DNA from: Bacilli bacterium
Lineage (GTDB): Bacteria > Bacillota_I > Bacilli_A > RFN20 > CAG-826
DNA length: 64,000 bases
Reading direction: 5' to 3'
Assembly: GCA_017959905.1 (NCBI GenBank)
Contig: JAGCZS010000005.1
Coordinates: 22,676 to 86,675, forward strand
Both the position numbers and the translations under genes were made by a program. Of the stretch, positions 47,638 to 57,693 are shown one piece after another (position 1 is the stretch's first letter; every line of letters starts with the position of its first letter). Below the pieces are notes generated by a model, which searched no databases, was not told the DNA's origin, and was given only the letters and a program-made list of their open reading frames with translations.

Positions 47638-49950
47638 TTAGTTTAAAACGTCTATTATCTCTGGCATACTAGTATATTTTGTTTTTTTGCCGTCATTTCC
47701 TACAAAAACCAAACTAGGTACTTCAGAAACGTTATTGCTGCGGACTATCTCTCTGTTAATATCCTCATCGGCATTCACTATCTTACAATCAATGTTTTTA
47801 TTTTTAATAATTTCTTTAATAGTTTGACATTTTGGACAGGTTTTTGTCACAAAGAGAAAAATATTTTTTTCATTATTACAAACTTCATATGTTTTTCTAT
47901 TGTCAAATTCTGCTATCTTTCCATCATTCCAATTTTGCAAAGGCCTATAATAACCAGTAATACGCGAATATACTTCAGTTTTTTGATCGCATATTGGGCA
48001 ATTATAAACTTCTCCTATAATATATCCATGATCTTTACAAACAGAATATGTTGGTGAAATAGTATAATACGGTAGTTTATAATTTTCTGCAATTTTACGA
48101 ACTAAATTTAAACAGCTTTGCCACGATGGCATTTTCTGTCCTAAAAAAGCATGAAATACTGTACCAGAGGTATATAAACATTGAAATTGATCTTCGATAT
48201 CCAAAGCTTTAAAAACATCGCTTGTATAATTAACAGGTAAATGCGTTGAATTCGTATAATAAGGAACACCTTTATCATTATTAGATGTAATAATATCTTT
48301 GTATTTTTCCTTGTCATGCTTTGCTAAACGATAACAAGTGGATTCTGCTGGTGTAGCTTCTAAATTATATAAATCTTTATACTTTTCTTGATAGTCGCTT
48401 AATTTAGAACGCATAAAATTTAAAACTTCAACTGAAAACGCTTGCGATTGTTCATTAGTTAAATCTTTTTTTAACCAATTAGCATTCAAACAAGCTTCAT
48501 TCATACCAACTAAACCAATTGTTGAAAAATGATTGTTAAAATGTCCTAAATATCTTTTGGTATAAGGATATAAACCGTTGTTCAAACACTTTGTAACAAA
48601 ATCCCTTTTAATTTTTAAACTACGAGCACTTAAATCCATCATTTTTTCTAAACGTTTATAAAACTCTTCTTTTGTTTTTGATAAATAAGCTATACGAGGA
48701 ATATTAATTGTTACAACTCCTATAGAACCAGTTGATTCTCCGCTGCCAAAAAAACCACCACTTTTTTTTCTTAATTCGCGTAAATCTAAACGCAATCGAC
48801 AACACATACTACGTACATCGCTTGGCTTCATATCAGAATTAATATAGTTGGAAAAATATGGGATACCATATTTAGATGTCATTTCGAATAACAATTTATT
48901 ATTTTCCGTTTCACCCCAATCAAAATCTTTCGTGATTGAATATGTTGGTATTGGATATTGAAACCCACGTCCATTAGCATCGCCGCCAATCATAATTTCC
49001 ATAAAGGCTTTATTAATCATATCCATTTCTTTTTTACAATCTTTATACTTAAATGGCATTTCTATTCCACCAACAATAGCATTCTGCTCAGCTATATCAT
49101 CAGGAACTACCCAATCTAACGTTATGTTTGTAAATGGCGGTTGCGTTCCCCATCTAGATGGTACATTAATTCCATAAATAAAAGATTGAATGCATTTTTT
49201 TACCTGCGTGTAATTTAAATTATCAACTTTTACAAATGGCGATAAATAAGTATCAAAGCTGGAAAAAGCCTGCGCTCCAGCCCATTCGTTTTGCATTATT
49301 CCTAAAAAATTAACCATTTGATTGCATAAAGTAGATAAATGTTTAGCCGGACGAGATGTTATTTTACCTTGAACTCCACCTAAACCTTCTTTAATCAATT
49401 GACGCAACGACCAACCGGCACAGTAACCAGTTAACATTCCTAAATCGTGAAGGTGAATATCTGCGTTTTTATGTGCTTCACTTATCTCTTTATCATAAAT
49501 TTGAGTTAGCCAATAATTTGCGGTAATTACGCCACTATTATACAAAATAAGACCTCCAACAGAATAAACAACTGTCGAATTTTCCTTAACACGCCAATTT
49601 TCATTATTCAAATATTTATCAATAGTATCAGCATAATTTAATAATGGCTTATTATTAATGGCTATTTCACGTAAATTCGCATGCTTTTCTCTATAACTCA
49701 TATATATTTTAGCGACATCAATATACCCGCTTTGTATTAAAGAAATTTCTACGGCATCTTGAATTTGCTCAACACTAATCTTATTATCTTGAATCTTAAA
49801 ATTACTGGTAGCTTTTAAAGCGATGTCAGTAATAATATTGATATCATACGGCCTTTTAATAGCCTCAAAAGCTTTAATTATTGCTATTTTTATTTTATTA
49901 ATTTCAAACGGAACAATTGTTTTGTTGTCTCTTTTTATAACTTCCATCAT
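47638..49950 (-). CDS. nrdD: Anaerobic (class III) ribonucleoside-triphosphate reductase with a C-terminally fused glutaredoxin/NrdH-like domain
   Basis: 770 aa. N-terminal ATP-cone (VIKRDNKTIVPFEINKI...), catalytic barrel (CCRLRLD...), Zn-ribbon (CKDHG...CPIC) and glycyl-radical motif SRITGYYRP. A further 75 aa or so follow (47638..47865): NIFLFVTKTCPKCQ...VPSLVF..., a thioredoxin fold with a CPKC active site and a cis-Pro. Confidence 0.92.
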   Translation of the reverse strand: MMEVIKRDNKTIVPFEINKIKIAIIKAFEAIKRPYDINIITDIALKATSNFKIQDNKISVEQIQDAVEISLIQSGYIDVAKIYMSYREKHANLREIAINNKPLLNYADTIDKYLNNENWRVKENSTVVYSVGGLILYNSGVITANYWLTQIYDKEISEAHKNADIHLHDLGMLTGYCAGWSLRQLIKEGLGGVQGKITSRPAKHLSTLCNQMVNFLGIMQNEWAGAQAFSSFDTYLSPFVKVDNLNYTQVKKCIQSFIYGINVPSRWGTQPPFTNITLDWVVPDDIAEQNAIVGGIEMPFKYKDCKKEMDMINKAFMEIMIGGDANGRGFQYPIPTYSITKDFDWGETENNKLLFEMTSKYGIPYFSNYINSDMKPSDVRSMCCRLRLDLRELRKKSGGFFGSGESTGSIGVVTINIPRIAYLSKTKEEFYKRLEKMMDLSARSLKIKRDFVTKCLNNGLYPYTKRYLGHFNNHFSTIGLVGMNEACLNANWLKKDLTNEQSQAFSVEVLNFMRSKLSDYQEKYKDLYNLEATPAESTCYRLAKHDKEKYKDIITSNNDKGVPYYTNSTHLPVNYTSDVFKALDIEDQFQCLYTSGTVFHAFLGQKMPSWQSCLNLVRKIAENYKLPYYTISPTYSVCKDHGYIIGEVYNCPICDQKTEVYSRITGYYRPLQNWNDGKIAEFDNRKTYEVCNNEKNIFLFVTKTCPKCQTIKEIIKNKNIDCKIVNADEDINREIVRSNNVSEVPSLVFVGNDGKKTKYTSMPEIIDVLN

Positions 49951-50241
49951 TATACTTTTTTGCCCTTTATTTTTAATTATTTGCCTATATAAAATTATAG
50001 TAAAAATAAAAACTCATTTTTATTTTTATTTAAATAGTTTTTAAAATTCCAAGCTTATATAGCTGCATATCATTGTTTTATATAACAAACATAAAAATAG
50101 AAAAACTAAATTCATTTATAAAACGCATTATAATGGCGATTTTTTCTATATTTTTTATTTTCAATGTCTATACTATTTAGGCGCAAATACGTGCTTATTT
50201 ATATGATGTTAGTTTTAAGAAAAATAGCTGCTTTCTTTTTT

Positions 50242-50766
50242 TTATTCTAATCCAATTTGTGCCTTGATGAAATTTTCACATTCTTTTTTCGTTAACAACG
50301 TAGATTAATGAAAAGTAAATCGTGCTTTAATATTTTTTAAATAACATTCTTTAAACGCAAAATATTCGCGAATTCGTTTATAATCGACATCTCATAATCA
50401 CGATGTTTATATTTAGACATTATGCCTTTTATTACGATGAAATTGTTAAAATTATCTATTATTTCTTTGGAGTCTTTAGAAAAACATTAGTAATTTTTTG
50501 TTTTGAATATTATCAACAGCGTTTTTGATGCGCTTGTTTATAAAAAAATCAATCACATCTTCAATAATAGTTAAATGATAAAGGCGACAATAATAATCGA
50601 AATAAACAAAAAAAAGGGATCAAGGCCGCGCACGTTCTTTTCATCCTTTTTCGTTGTTTATTTCCAAAATTATCTCACATTCTTCATGTAAATTTTCTTT
50701 TTCGTGAATTAGTAATTGGATAAAATCTTATTTTTCTGCATCTATTAGATTATCAATATTATCCAT
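50242..50766 (-). pseudogene. Decayed gene of unknown function (in-frame TAA/TGA stops and frameshifts)
   Basis: The minus strand reads MDNIDNLIDAEK*DFIQLLIHEKENLHEECEIILEINNEKG*KERARP*SLFFVYFDYYCRLYHLTIIEDVIDFFINKRIKNAVDNIQNKKLLMFF*. After a frame change it reads KDSKEIIDNFNNFIVIKGIMSKYKHRDYEMSIINEFANILRLKNVI*, then KNIKARFTFH*STLLTKKECENFIKAQIGLE*. No track ORF covers the whole 900-bp lysS-nrdD gap. It contains a locally GC-rich patch (gggatcaaggccgcgcacg). Confidence 0.55.
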
Positions 50767-50940
50767 TAATGTATTCTTCTTGAAATTTGTTATTGAATAA
50801 ATGCCGTAGGTTATTAAACTAAAAAAGTAAGCAGCATGAAGCAAAGAAGATAATTAAATTTCTTTGAGAACTTTTAATTATTGAATTATTGACATAATAT
50901 CTTCAATTCCGTCTTAAACATTATAATATTCAAAATTAAC

Positions 50941-52494
50941 TTAAATGGATACTTTTTTTTTGACCGTCTTCTTTTTTAATTTAACTGTTGGAAATGCAAT
51001 AACATTTTTGATATTTTTTTCGTCACAAAAAACCATAATTAATCTATCTAAACCTATTCCTAAACCGCCAGTCGGAGGCATTCCATACTTCATAGCTGTC
51101 AAAAAATCATCATCTATTGCATACTGCTCATAATTATCATTATTTTTTTTCTGTTGTTGGTATTGAAAGCGGCATTTTTGATCGATTGGATCATTTAATT
51201 CTGAATAAGCATTGGCAATTTCTATCCCATTAATAAAAAATTCAAAACGTTCCGCGAAACGTTCATCGTGTGTTTTTTTGGCTAACGGCGATACTTCTAT
51301 TGGATATGTATGAACAAAAGTGGGTTGAATTAGCTTATGCTCACAAAATTGTTCAAAAAACAACATTATAATTTCCCCGACTGACTTAACATCTTTATTG
51401 ATTAAAACATTATTTTTTTTTGCTAAATCCATTGCCTGATTAAAAGTTATATTTTTTGCAAAATCAATACCTGTATTTTTTTTAATCAATTCAACCATTG
51501 AAATATATTCAAATGGCTTTTTTAAATCGATTTTAACATTATTAAATAATATTACATCTTTCTGAAAAACGGTTTTTGATATATATTTAAATAATTTCTC
51601 GATAAATGATCGCATATCATTTAAATCGCTATACGCTTCATATAATTCAATGGTGGTAAATTCTGGATTATGCATTGCATCAATGCCTTCATTGCGAAAT
51701 ATTTTACCTATTTCATAAACTTTTTCCAGACCGCCAATGATTAATTTTTTTAAAGGTATTTCCGTAGCTATTCTTAAATAAAAATCATAATTTAAACTAT
51801 TATGATGTGTAACAAATGGTCGCGCGTCAGCGCCGCTTACTGTTGATGTTAAAATACTTGTTTCTACTTCTATAAATCCTAAATTGTTACAAAAATTTCT
51901 TATAGCTTGAATAATTTTAAAACGAGCTATTAAATTTTTAATATTATTATCATTTGTTATAAATTCTAAGTATTTTTTTCGCTGCTTTTCTTCAACGTTC
52001 GCTAAACCAAAAAATTTATTTGGTAATGGGCAAATAGCTTTAGATAAATGCGTATATTTAGAAATGTTGATTGTTAATTCACCAGCATCTGTATAAAATA
52101 AAAATCCTTCTACAGCAACTATATCACCTAAATCAGATAATTTAAATAAATTAAAATCATCATTGCTAACATTATTAATGGAAATATAACATTGTATTTT
52201 GCCCTTTATATCTTTAATATCAAAAAAAGCTATTTTACCCATTGAACGCATTCGCATAATTCTTCCGGCGACGGATGCAAATATGTTTTTATTTTTGACT
52301 TCTTCACGCGAAAATTTAGCCGTTAATGAAAAAAGTTCTGATGAATAATTTTTTCGGTCAATTTTTTGTCCAAAAGGTAATACACCCATTTTTTTATAAA
52401 TAGGTATTTTTTTTATTCTTATTTTTTCTTGTTCGGTTAAATCTTTTTCGTTTTTTAAATATTCATCAATCTCAGTAAAATCAATATTCTCCAT
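50941..52494 (-). CDS. lysS: Lysyl-tRNA synthetase, class II
   Basis: OB-fold N-domain, motif 2 FRNEGIDAMHNPEFTTIE, ERFEFFINGIEIANAYSELNDP, motif 3 GGLGIGLDRLIM. Confidence 0.95.
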   Translation of the reverse strand: MENIDFTEIDEYLKNEKDLTEQEKIRIKKIPIYKKMGVLPFGQKIDRKNYSSELFSLTAKFSREEVKNKNIFASVAGRIMRMRSMGKIAFFDIKDIKGKIQCYISINNVSNDDFNLFKLSDLGDIVAVEGFLFYTDAGELTINISKYTHLSKAICPLPNKFFGLANVEEKQRKKYLEFITNDNNIKNLIARFKIIQAIRNFCNNLGFIEVETSILTSTVSGADARPFVTHHNSLNYDFYLRIATEIPLKKLIIGGLEKVYEIGKIFRNEGIDAMHNPEFTTIELYEAYSDLNDMRSFIEKLFKYISKTVFQKDVILFNNVKIDLKKPFEYISMVELIKKNTGIDFAKNITFNQAMDLAKKNNVLINKDVKSVGEIIMLFFEQFCEHKLIQPTFVHTYPIEVSPLAKKTHDERFAERFEFFINGIEIANAYSELNDPIDQKCRFQYQQQKKNNDNYEQYAIDDDFLTAMKYGMPPTGGLGIGLDRLIMVFCDEKNIKNVIAFPTVKLKKKTVKKKVSI

Positions 52495-53470
52495 TTTTTA
52501 CGCCCTTTTTCATAAAAATTAAAAAGTTTTTAAACTCATCTATAGTGTTTATTCTTTGCGTTAAAAATGATCGCACGTTGCTTGCATTACAAAAATTTTT
52601 AAAAAAATATGGAGCTATACGTTTAATTAAAAAAATAACTTTTTTTTGTTCTTCGTGTTTTATAAAAAAATCAAATAATTTTTGACAATACAAAATTTGA
52701 TCATATAAAGTAGGCAATTTTAATTTTGCATTTTTATTAAAAAAATTGTTTATTTGTTTAATCAAAAACGGATTTCCAAGGCCTCCTCTAGCCACCATAA
52801 CAGCAGTGGCAGAAGTAATTTTTACAGCTTTAATAGCATCACTTAAAGTAAAAATATCACCGCTAACAACTAATGGTACTGTTATTTTTTTTCCTAAATC
52901 CTTAATGGCTTCAAAATTAGCATTTCCAGAATACAGTTGTTTTCCTGTACGCGCATGAATTGCAATAGCAGCAACACCTATTTTTTCTAACTTAGTGGCC
53001 AAATCAACCATATCAATAGGTGTATCAAAGCCTAAACGCAATTTAACGGTAACAGGTTTTTTTGAAAATTTCACTATTTCTTTAATATACGCAATAAGAT
53101 TATTAATATTTTTCATCCAAAAAACACCTGATTTACTACGAATAATTTTTTTAACTGGACAAGCTAAATTAATATCTAAAATATCATATTGTTTAGCCAA
53201 TTTGCTCTCAATTATTGATATGGCTTTCAATGTTATATCAATGTTGTCTCCAAATAATTGAATAGCCACCGGTCTATCTATTTTAGACATTCGTAATAGT
53301 GTGGCAATTTTTTTATTGTTATTTACAATCGACCTAACATTAACCATTTCAGTCACAGAATAGCCAACACCAAAACTTTTCAAAAATTGGCGATAATATA
53401 CGTTTGTAATACCAGACATAGACGCTAAAACAACGCGCGAATTAATAATTACATTACCTATTTTCCACAT
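52481..53470 (-). CDS. dusB: tRNA-dihydrouridine synthase
   Basis: LASMSGITN..., INLACPVKKI, AIAIHARTG: the Dus TIM-barrel pattern. The conserved dusB-lysS pairing is retained. Confidence 0.85.
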   Translation of the reverse strand: MWKIGNVIINSRVVLASMSGITNVYYRQFLKSFGVGYSVTEMVNVRSIVNNNKKIATLLRMSKIDRPVAIQLFGDNIDITLKAISIIESKLAKQYDILDINLACPVKKIIRSKSGVFWMKNINNLIAYIKEIVKFSKKPVTVKLRLGFDTPIDMVDLATKLEKIGVAAIAIHARTGKQLYSGNANFEAIKDLGKKITVPLVVSGDIFTLSDAIKAVKITSATAVMVARGGLGNPFLIKQINNFFNKNAKLKLPTLYDQILYCQKLFDFFIKHEEQKKVIFLIKRIAPYFFKNFCNASNVRSFLTQRINTIDEFKNFLIFMKKGVKNGEY

Positions 53471-55418
53471 TTTTTTTTATTGTTGCGCCTTCAGCACCGC
53501 CATGTTCTTTTTTGTCGTTCACAATTTTAGTAATTTCATCTGCATAAAGTGTCTCTTTTTCCAAAAGCGCATTAGCAAGTTTCTCAACTTTAGCTTTATT
53601 TTTCACTATCAGTGTTTTTGCTTTTGAATAAGCTTCTTCTATTATTTTTTCGACTTCTTGATCAACTTTAAAATTTGTTTGATCTGAAGAAGACGCAAAA
53701 TTATCATATAAAAAATTGTTTTTTTGTCGATAATTCATTGGCGAAAGCGAAGACATTCCTAATTCTCTAACCATTGTATAAGCGATATCTGTTGCTTTTT
53801 TAATATCTTGCGACGCGCCATTAGAAATTTCCGAAAAAAACACTTCCTCACTGCAACGACCACCAAACGATATAGCTATATTATTTAAAAGTTCGCTTCT
53901 TGTAAACAATTTTTTTTCATTTTCCGGAACAATAATAGTGTAACCGCCAGCATGTCCTCTATTAAGAACGGTTACTTTTTCAACAATATTAGTTGGAGAT
54001 AATTTTGCAGCCACAAATGCATGACCTGACTCATGAAAAGCTACAATCTTCATTTCTTGCTCGTTTTTATTATAATTACTTAAACCGACAAACAACTTTT
54101 CCATAGCTTCTTCTAATATTTTTGTTGTTATTTTGTCTTCTTTTTTAAGAACAACCGAAATAGTCGCTTCATTCATTATATTTTCAATGTCAGCGCCAGA
54201 ACATCCGCTTGTGAGTCGAGCAAATCTTTTAAAATCAACATCTTCACCTATATTTTTATTTTGCGCAATCTTTTTAAATATGTCTTCTCGATCTTTTAAA
54301 ATTGGCAATGGCATTTCAATATGTTTGTCAAATCTACCTGATCTTAGTAGCGATTTATCTATCATATCTTTTCTATTTGTTGCAGCAAAAACAATAACAC
54401 CTGCATTCTTTTTAAAACCGTCCATTTCAACTAAAAATTGATTTATTACTTCATTATTGGAATGAAAATTATCTTTTTTACCTGCCATATCAATTTCATC
54501 GATAAAAATAATACTAGGAGCGTTTTCGCTAGCTTTCTTAAACAGTTCTCGTATCCTTTTAGCAGCAATAGAAAACAATTCATCTAAGAATTCAGTACAA
54601 GACACAGGATAAAATGGGACTTTCGCTTCACCTGCTACCGCTTTAGCTAACATAGTTTTTCCAACGCCAGGAGGACCAAATAATAAAATTCCTCTTGGCA
54701 TTTTAGCTCCTGCAGAATTAAATTTTTTTGGATTTTTTAAATATTCGATAACAGCAATTACCTCTTTTTTTTCGGCTTCATATCCAGCTATATCGTTAAA
54801 AGTTAAATAATCTTTATTACCTTTCTTAATTTCTTCGAAAAAACTAGTTATTCGACTACCTGTAAAAAAACCTTTTTTTTTAAAAAGCATTGATAGTAAT
54901 AGAAATATTGCTACATACATTAAAAGTTGAAACATGAATTGTAAGAACAATAAAGATGCCGCTGCCAAAATGGTTGATAACGTACTTTTTTCTTGAAGAT
55001 CTGGGTTTAAAAAATACGCATCTTTTTTAAAAGCTATTTTTTTATCGGACGCCTCTTGTTTAGTTTTATTAATTGATGTTAAAAAATAAGAATAATAACT
55101 TTCATGCTGCTCGCCATTTTTTGTAATAAAACCTTTATTGAAACGATGAGCATCTATATTGACCGAAAAACTATATTCACAACCAGTTTTATCTAATGCA
55201 TTACCATCAACTGTAACTATGTTGCCCTTGTAACGATAAATAGCATTTTTTATTCTTTCTTCTGACAAAATTCGATCAAGATCGCTTTCGTTCCACATGA
55301 CAACATTTTTATTGTTAAATAATATAAAAAATAAAAGCAATGCAAAACCAATAAAAAAACAAATTTCAAAAATAATCGAAATAATCGAACTATTAGGTTG
55401 ATTCTTTTTATTACTCAT
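53454..55418 (-). CDS. ftsH: ATP-dependent zinc metalloprotease FtsH
   Basis: Two TM helices, Walker A GPPGVGKT, Walker B IIFIDEID, SRH region ATNRKDMIDKSLLRSGRFD, zinc motif HESGHA. Confidence 0.96.
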   Translation of the reverse strand: MSNKKNQPNSSIISIIFEICFFIGFALLLFFILFNNKNVVMWNESDLDRILSEERIKNAIYRYKGNIVTVDGNALDKTGCEYSFSVNIDAHRFNKGFITKNGEQHESYYSYFLTSINKTKQEASDKKIAFKKDAYFLNPDLQEKSTLSTILAAASLLFLQFMFQLLMYVAIFLLLSMLFKKKGFFTGSRITSFFEEIKKGNKDYLTFNDIAGYEAEKKEVIAVIEYLKNPKKFNSAGAKMPRGILLFGPPGVGKTMLAKAVAGEAKVPFYPVSCTEFLDELFSIAAKRIRELFKKASENAPSIIFIDEIDMAGKKDNFHSNNEVINQFLVEMDGFKKNAGVIVFAATNRKDMIDKSLLRSGRFDKHIEMPLPILKDREDIFKKIAQNKNIGEDVDFKRFARLTSGCSGADIENIMNEATISVVLKKEDKITTKILEEAMEKLFVGLSNYNKNEQEMKIVAFHESGHAFVAAKLSPTNIVEKVTVLNRGHAGGYTIIVPENEKKLFTRSELLNNIAISFGGRCSEEVFFSEISNGASQDIKKATDIAYTMVRELGMSSLSPMNYRQKNNFLYDNFASSSDQTNFKVDQEVEKIIEEAYSKAKTLIVKNKAKVEKLANALLEKETLYADEITKIVNDKKEHGGAEGATIKKNVENR

Positions 55419-55451
55419 TTATTACTCTGTTTATAAATTGTTCTTATAATA

Positions 55452-56687
55452 TTATAATATTTTGATGTTTATTTTGGGATCGTTTTTATATCCGTGTCGT
55501 CTATATCTGGGAACATATAATATTTTACCATATTTATCGCAAAAAACAGGCCATAGCCTTCGCAATCTTACAGGCATTTTCCAATCAATAAAAAGTTTTT
55601 TTAATTGACGTTTATAATTCTTTATTTTTACCTGATCATTCTCATATGGAGAGCGAATCGTGATTGGATAATCTTCTAAAAAAATTTTTTTTTCATTAGA
55701 GCCAAAAGAAAAATCAACATCAATTTCGTTAGTAAATAATTTACCTGGCATTTTTAAAAAGTAACAATATTTTTTACTATTATTTTCATTTGAATTGGAT
55801 ATTAATAAATTGTCATATTCTTTTAACAATTCGATTTTTTTAAATCTTATTTTAATATTTGGTTTTGGCGAAACCAACACGTTATAAATGCTGTCAATAA
55901 AATTAAACGATATTTTACTATACACCGGCAAATGCTGTTTTAAAAAACACATAATAGCTTCATTAAACTCCTGCTTTGTTAACTTTAATAAACTATTTAT
56001 ATTTAACTTATTATCGTTAAAATTTATAATTTTTTGAATTTTATTACGAAGCAAACAGCGTTCAAAATTATCTAATTTAATTTTTTCTAATATTATTTTT
56101 CTTTTTTTTTCATCGAGTTTTTCAATAACATCATGACGAATCTTATTGCGTAAAAAAGATAAATCAGAATTACTGATGTCTAACGAAAATGGAACATCAT
56201 GTTTCTTGCAATAATCAAATAATTCTTTTTTTGTATATTCTAATAACGGTCGTATTATAATTACATTTTTAATAAAACTTATTTTTTTTAACCCATAATA
56301 TTCAACATAATTTTTGCAATTTTTTTTTTGCATTATATATGTTTCTATAAGATCATCTTGATGATGAGCAACAAAAACCCCTTTTGCTTTATATTTTGCG
56401 CACATATTAGCAAAAAAATTGTATCTAACATTTCTAGCCCAATTTTGAAAATTTCCTACAACACTTGTATTTTTTAAATCTAACACTTCACACACAATTT
56501 TTTTTTGATGACAATATTTAATAATTTGTTCTTGCTCATTATTAGACTCTTTACGCTTATGATAATTTACAAAACACACTATAAATTGACACTTTGTTTT
56601 ATATAACATATCGAATAAAGCCATAGAGTCCGGCCCGAAAGAACAAGCTAAAATATATTTTTTATGAATATCGAAATCAATGGACAT
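55452..56687 (-). CDS. tilS: tRNA(Ile)-lysidine synthase
   Basis: PP-loop variant ILACSFGPDSMAL (SGGxDS-type), HHQDD, and the conserved position upstream of ftsH. Confidence 0.85.
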   Translation of the reverse strand: MSIDFDIHKKYILACSFGPDSMALFDMLYKTKCQFIVCFVNYHKRKESNNEQEQIIKYCHQKKIVCEVLDLKNTSVVGNFQNWARNVRYNFFANMCAKYKAKGVFVAHHQDDLIETYIMQKKNCKNYVEYYGLKKISFIKNVIIIRPLLEYTKKELFDYCKKHDVPFSLDISNSDLSFLRNKIRHDVIEKLDEKKRKIILEKIKLDNFERCLLRNKIQKIINFNDNKLNINSLLKLTKQEFNEAIMCFLKQHLPVYSKISFNFIDSIYNVLVSPKPNIKIRFKKIELLKEYDNLLISNSNENNSKKYCYFLKMPGKLFTNEIDVDFSFGSNEKKIFLEDYPITIRSPYENDQVKIKNYKRQLKKLFIDWKMPVRLRRLWPVFCDKYGKILYVPRYRRHGYKNDPKINIKIL

Positions 56688-56697
56688 TAAATTTTAT

Positions 56698-57693
56698 TTA
56701 ATTACTAGTAGCGAAATTTTTAATTGCCTGAGATAACGATTCCCCGAATAACACAGCTCTAATTACATTCGATAATAAAGGAGATATTTTTAAAACAGTA
56801 ATTTTATCACTAGCAATTCTTGAATCTAACGGAATGGTATCAGTAATGATCAATTTATCTAAAGAAGATTGATTAATTCTACTTACAGCATCTCCAGATA
56901 AAATACCATGCGTTATTGCGGCAAATACCTGTTTCGCTCCAAGTGTTTTTAATTTATTAGCAGCATTACACAAAGTTTCGGCTGTATCAACAATATCATC
57001 CACAATAATACAATTTTTATCTTTTACATCACCGACAATAGCTATAATTTCTGATTTATTTGGTTTAGTACGACGTTTATCAATGATTATCAAATCAGCG
57101 TTCAATTTATTAGCTAACCTATGAGCGCGAGCAACGCCTCCGTGATCTGGAGAAACGCAAGCAATATCTTTTAAAGACATCTTTAAAAAAAAATCATAAA
57201 AAATATTAACAGCACTAATATCATCTACTGGTATATTAAAAAACCCTTGAATTTGTGGAGCATGTAAATCAAAACATATAATTCTTCCGGCGCCAGCAGT
57301 TGTTAATAAATCAGCTACTAATTTAGCGCTTATTGGATGACGCGGTTTAGTTTTTCTTTCTTGTCGCGAATAACCAAAATAAGGAATAATAACATTTACA
57401 CTTTTTGCACTTGCTCTTTTTAAAGCATCAATACTAATCAATAATTCCATTATTTTTTCATTAACAGGCTGGCAAGTTGATTGAATAATATAAACATCAC
57501 AGCCTCGCACCGTTTCATTGCATTCAAATAATGTTTCGCCATCAGCAAAACGAGCTATATCGCCATCTAAAACATGAATACCAAGATTCTTAGCTACTTC
57601 TAAAGCTAACGCTTTATTTGATGTTAAACTAATTATTTTTGTACACCGAAGTGCATTTATTCTTCTTGTCTTTTCTGCATCTACACATCTCAT
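56698..57693 (-). CDS. prs: Ribose-phosphate pyrophosphokinase
   Basis: RFADGE...RGCDVYIIQST, DLHAPQIQGFF, VSPDHGGVARA, PRPP loop IIVDDIVDTAET. Confidence 0.94.
   Translation of the reverse strand: MRCVDAEKTRRINALRCTKIISLTSNKALALEVAKNLGIHVLDGDIARFADGETLFECNETVRGCDVYIIQSTCQPVNEKIMELLISIDALKRASAKSVNVIIPYFGYSRQERKTKPRHPISAKLVADLLTTAGAGRIICFDLHAPQIQGFFNIPVDDISAVNIFYDFFLKMSLKDIACVSPDHGGVARAHRLANKLNADLIIIDKRRTKPNKSEIIAIVGDVKDKNCIIVDDIVDTAETLCNAANKLKTLGAKQVFAAITHGILSGDAVSRINQSSLDKLIITDTIPLDSRIASDKITVLKISPLLSNVIRAVLFGESLSQAIKNFATSN

Noticed and set aside
1014-50766. Idea that the in-frame TGA codons in the two debris regions (NRFS*VFF, EKG*KERARP*SLFF, LTLR*ACF) mean TGA=Trp recoding, or origin from a code-4 organism
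   Set aside because: Every intact gene in the window, including the 1459-codon polC, is free of internal TGA and uses TGG for Trp. The only tRNA-Trp has anticodon CCA, and ispE ends in TGA. TGG->TGA is the expected G->A nonsense mutation in a decaying gene under AT pressure. The same frames also contain TAA stops and frameshifts.
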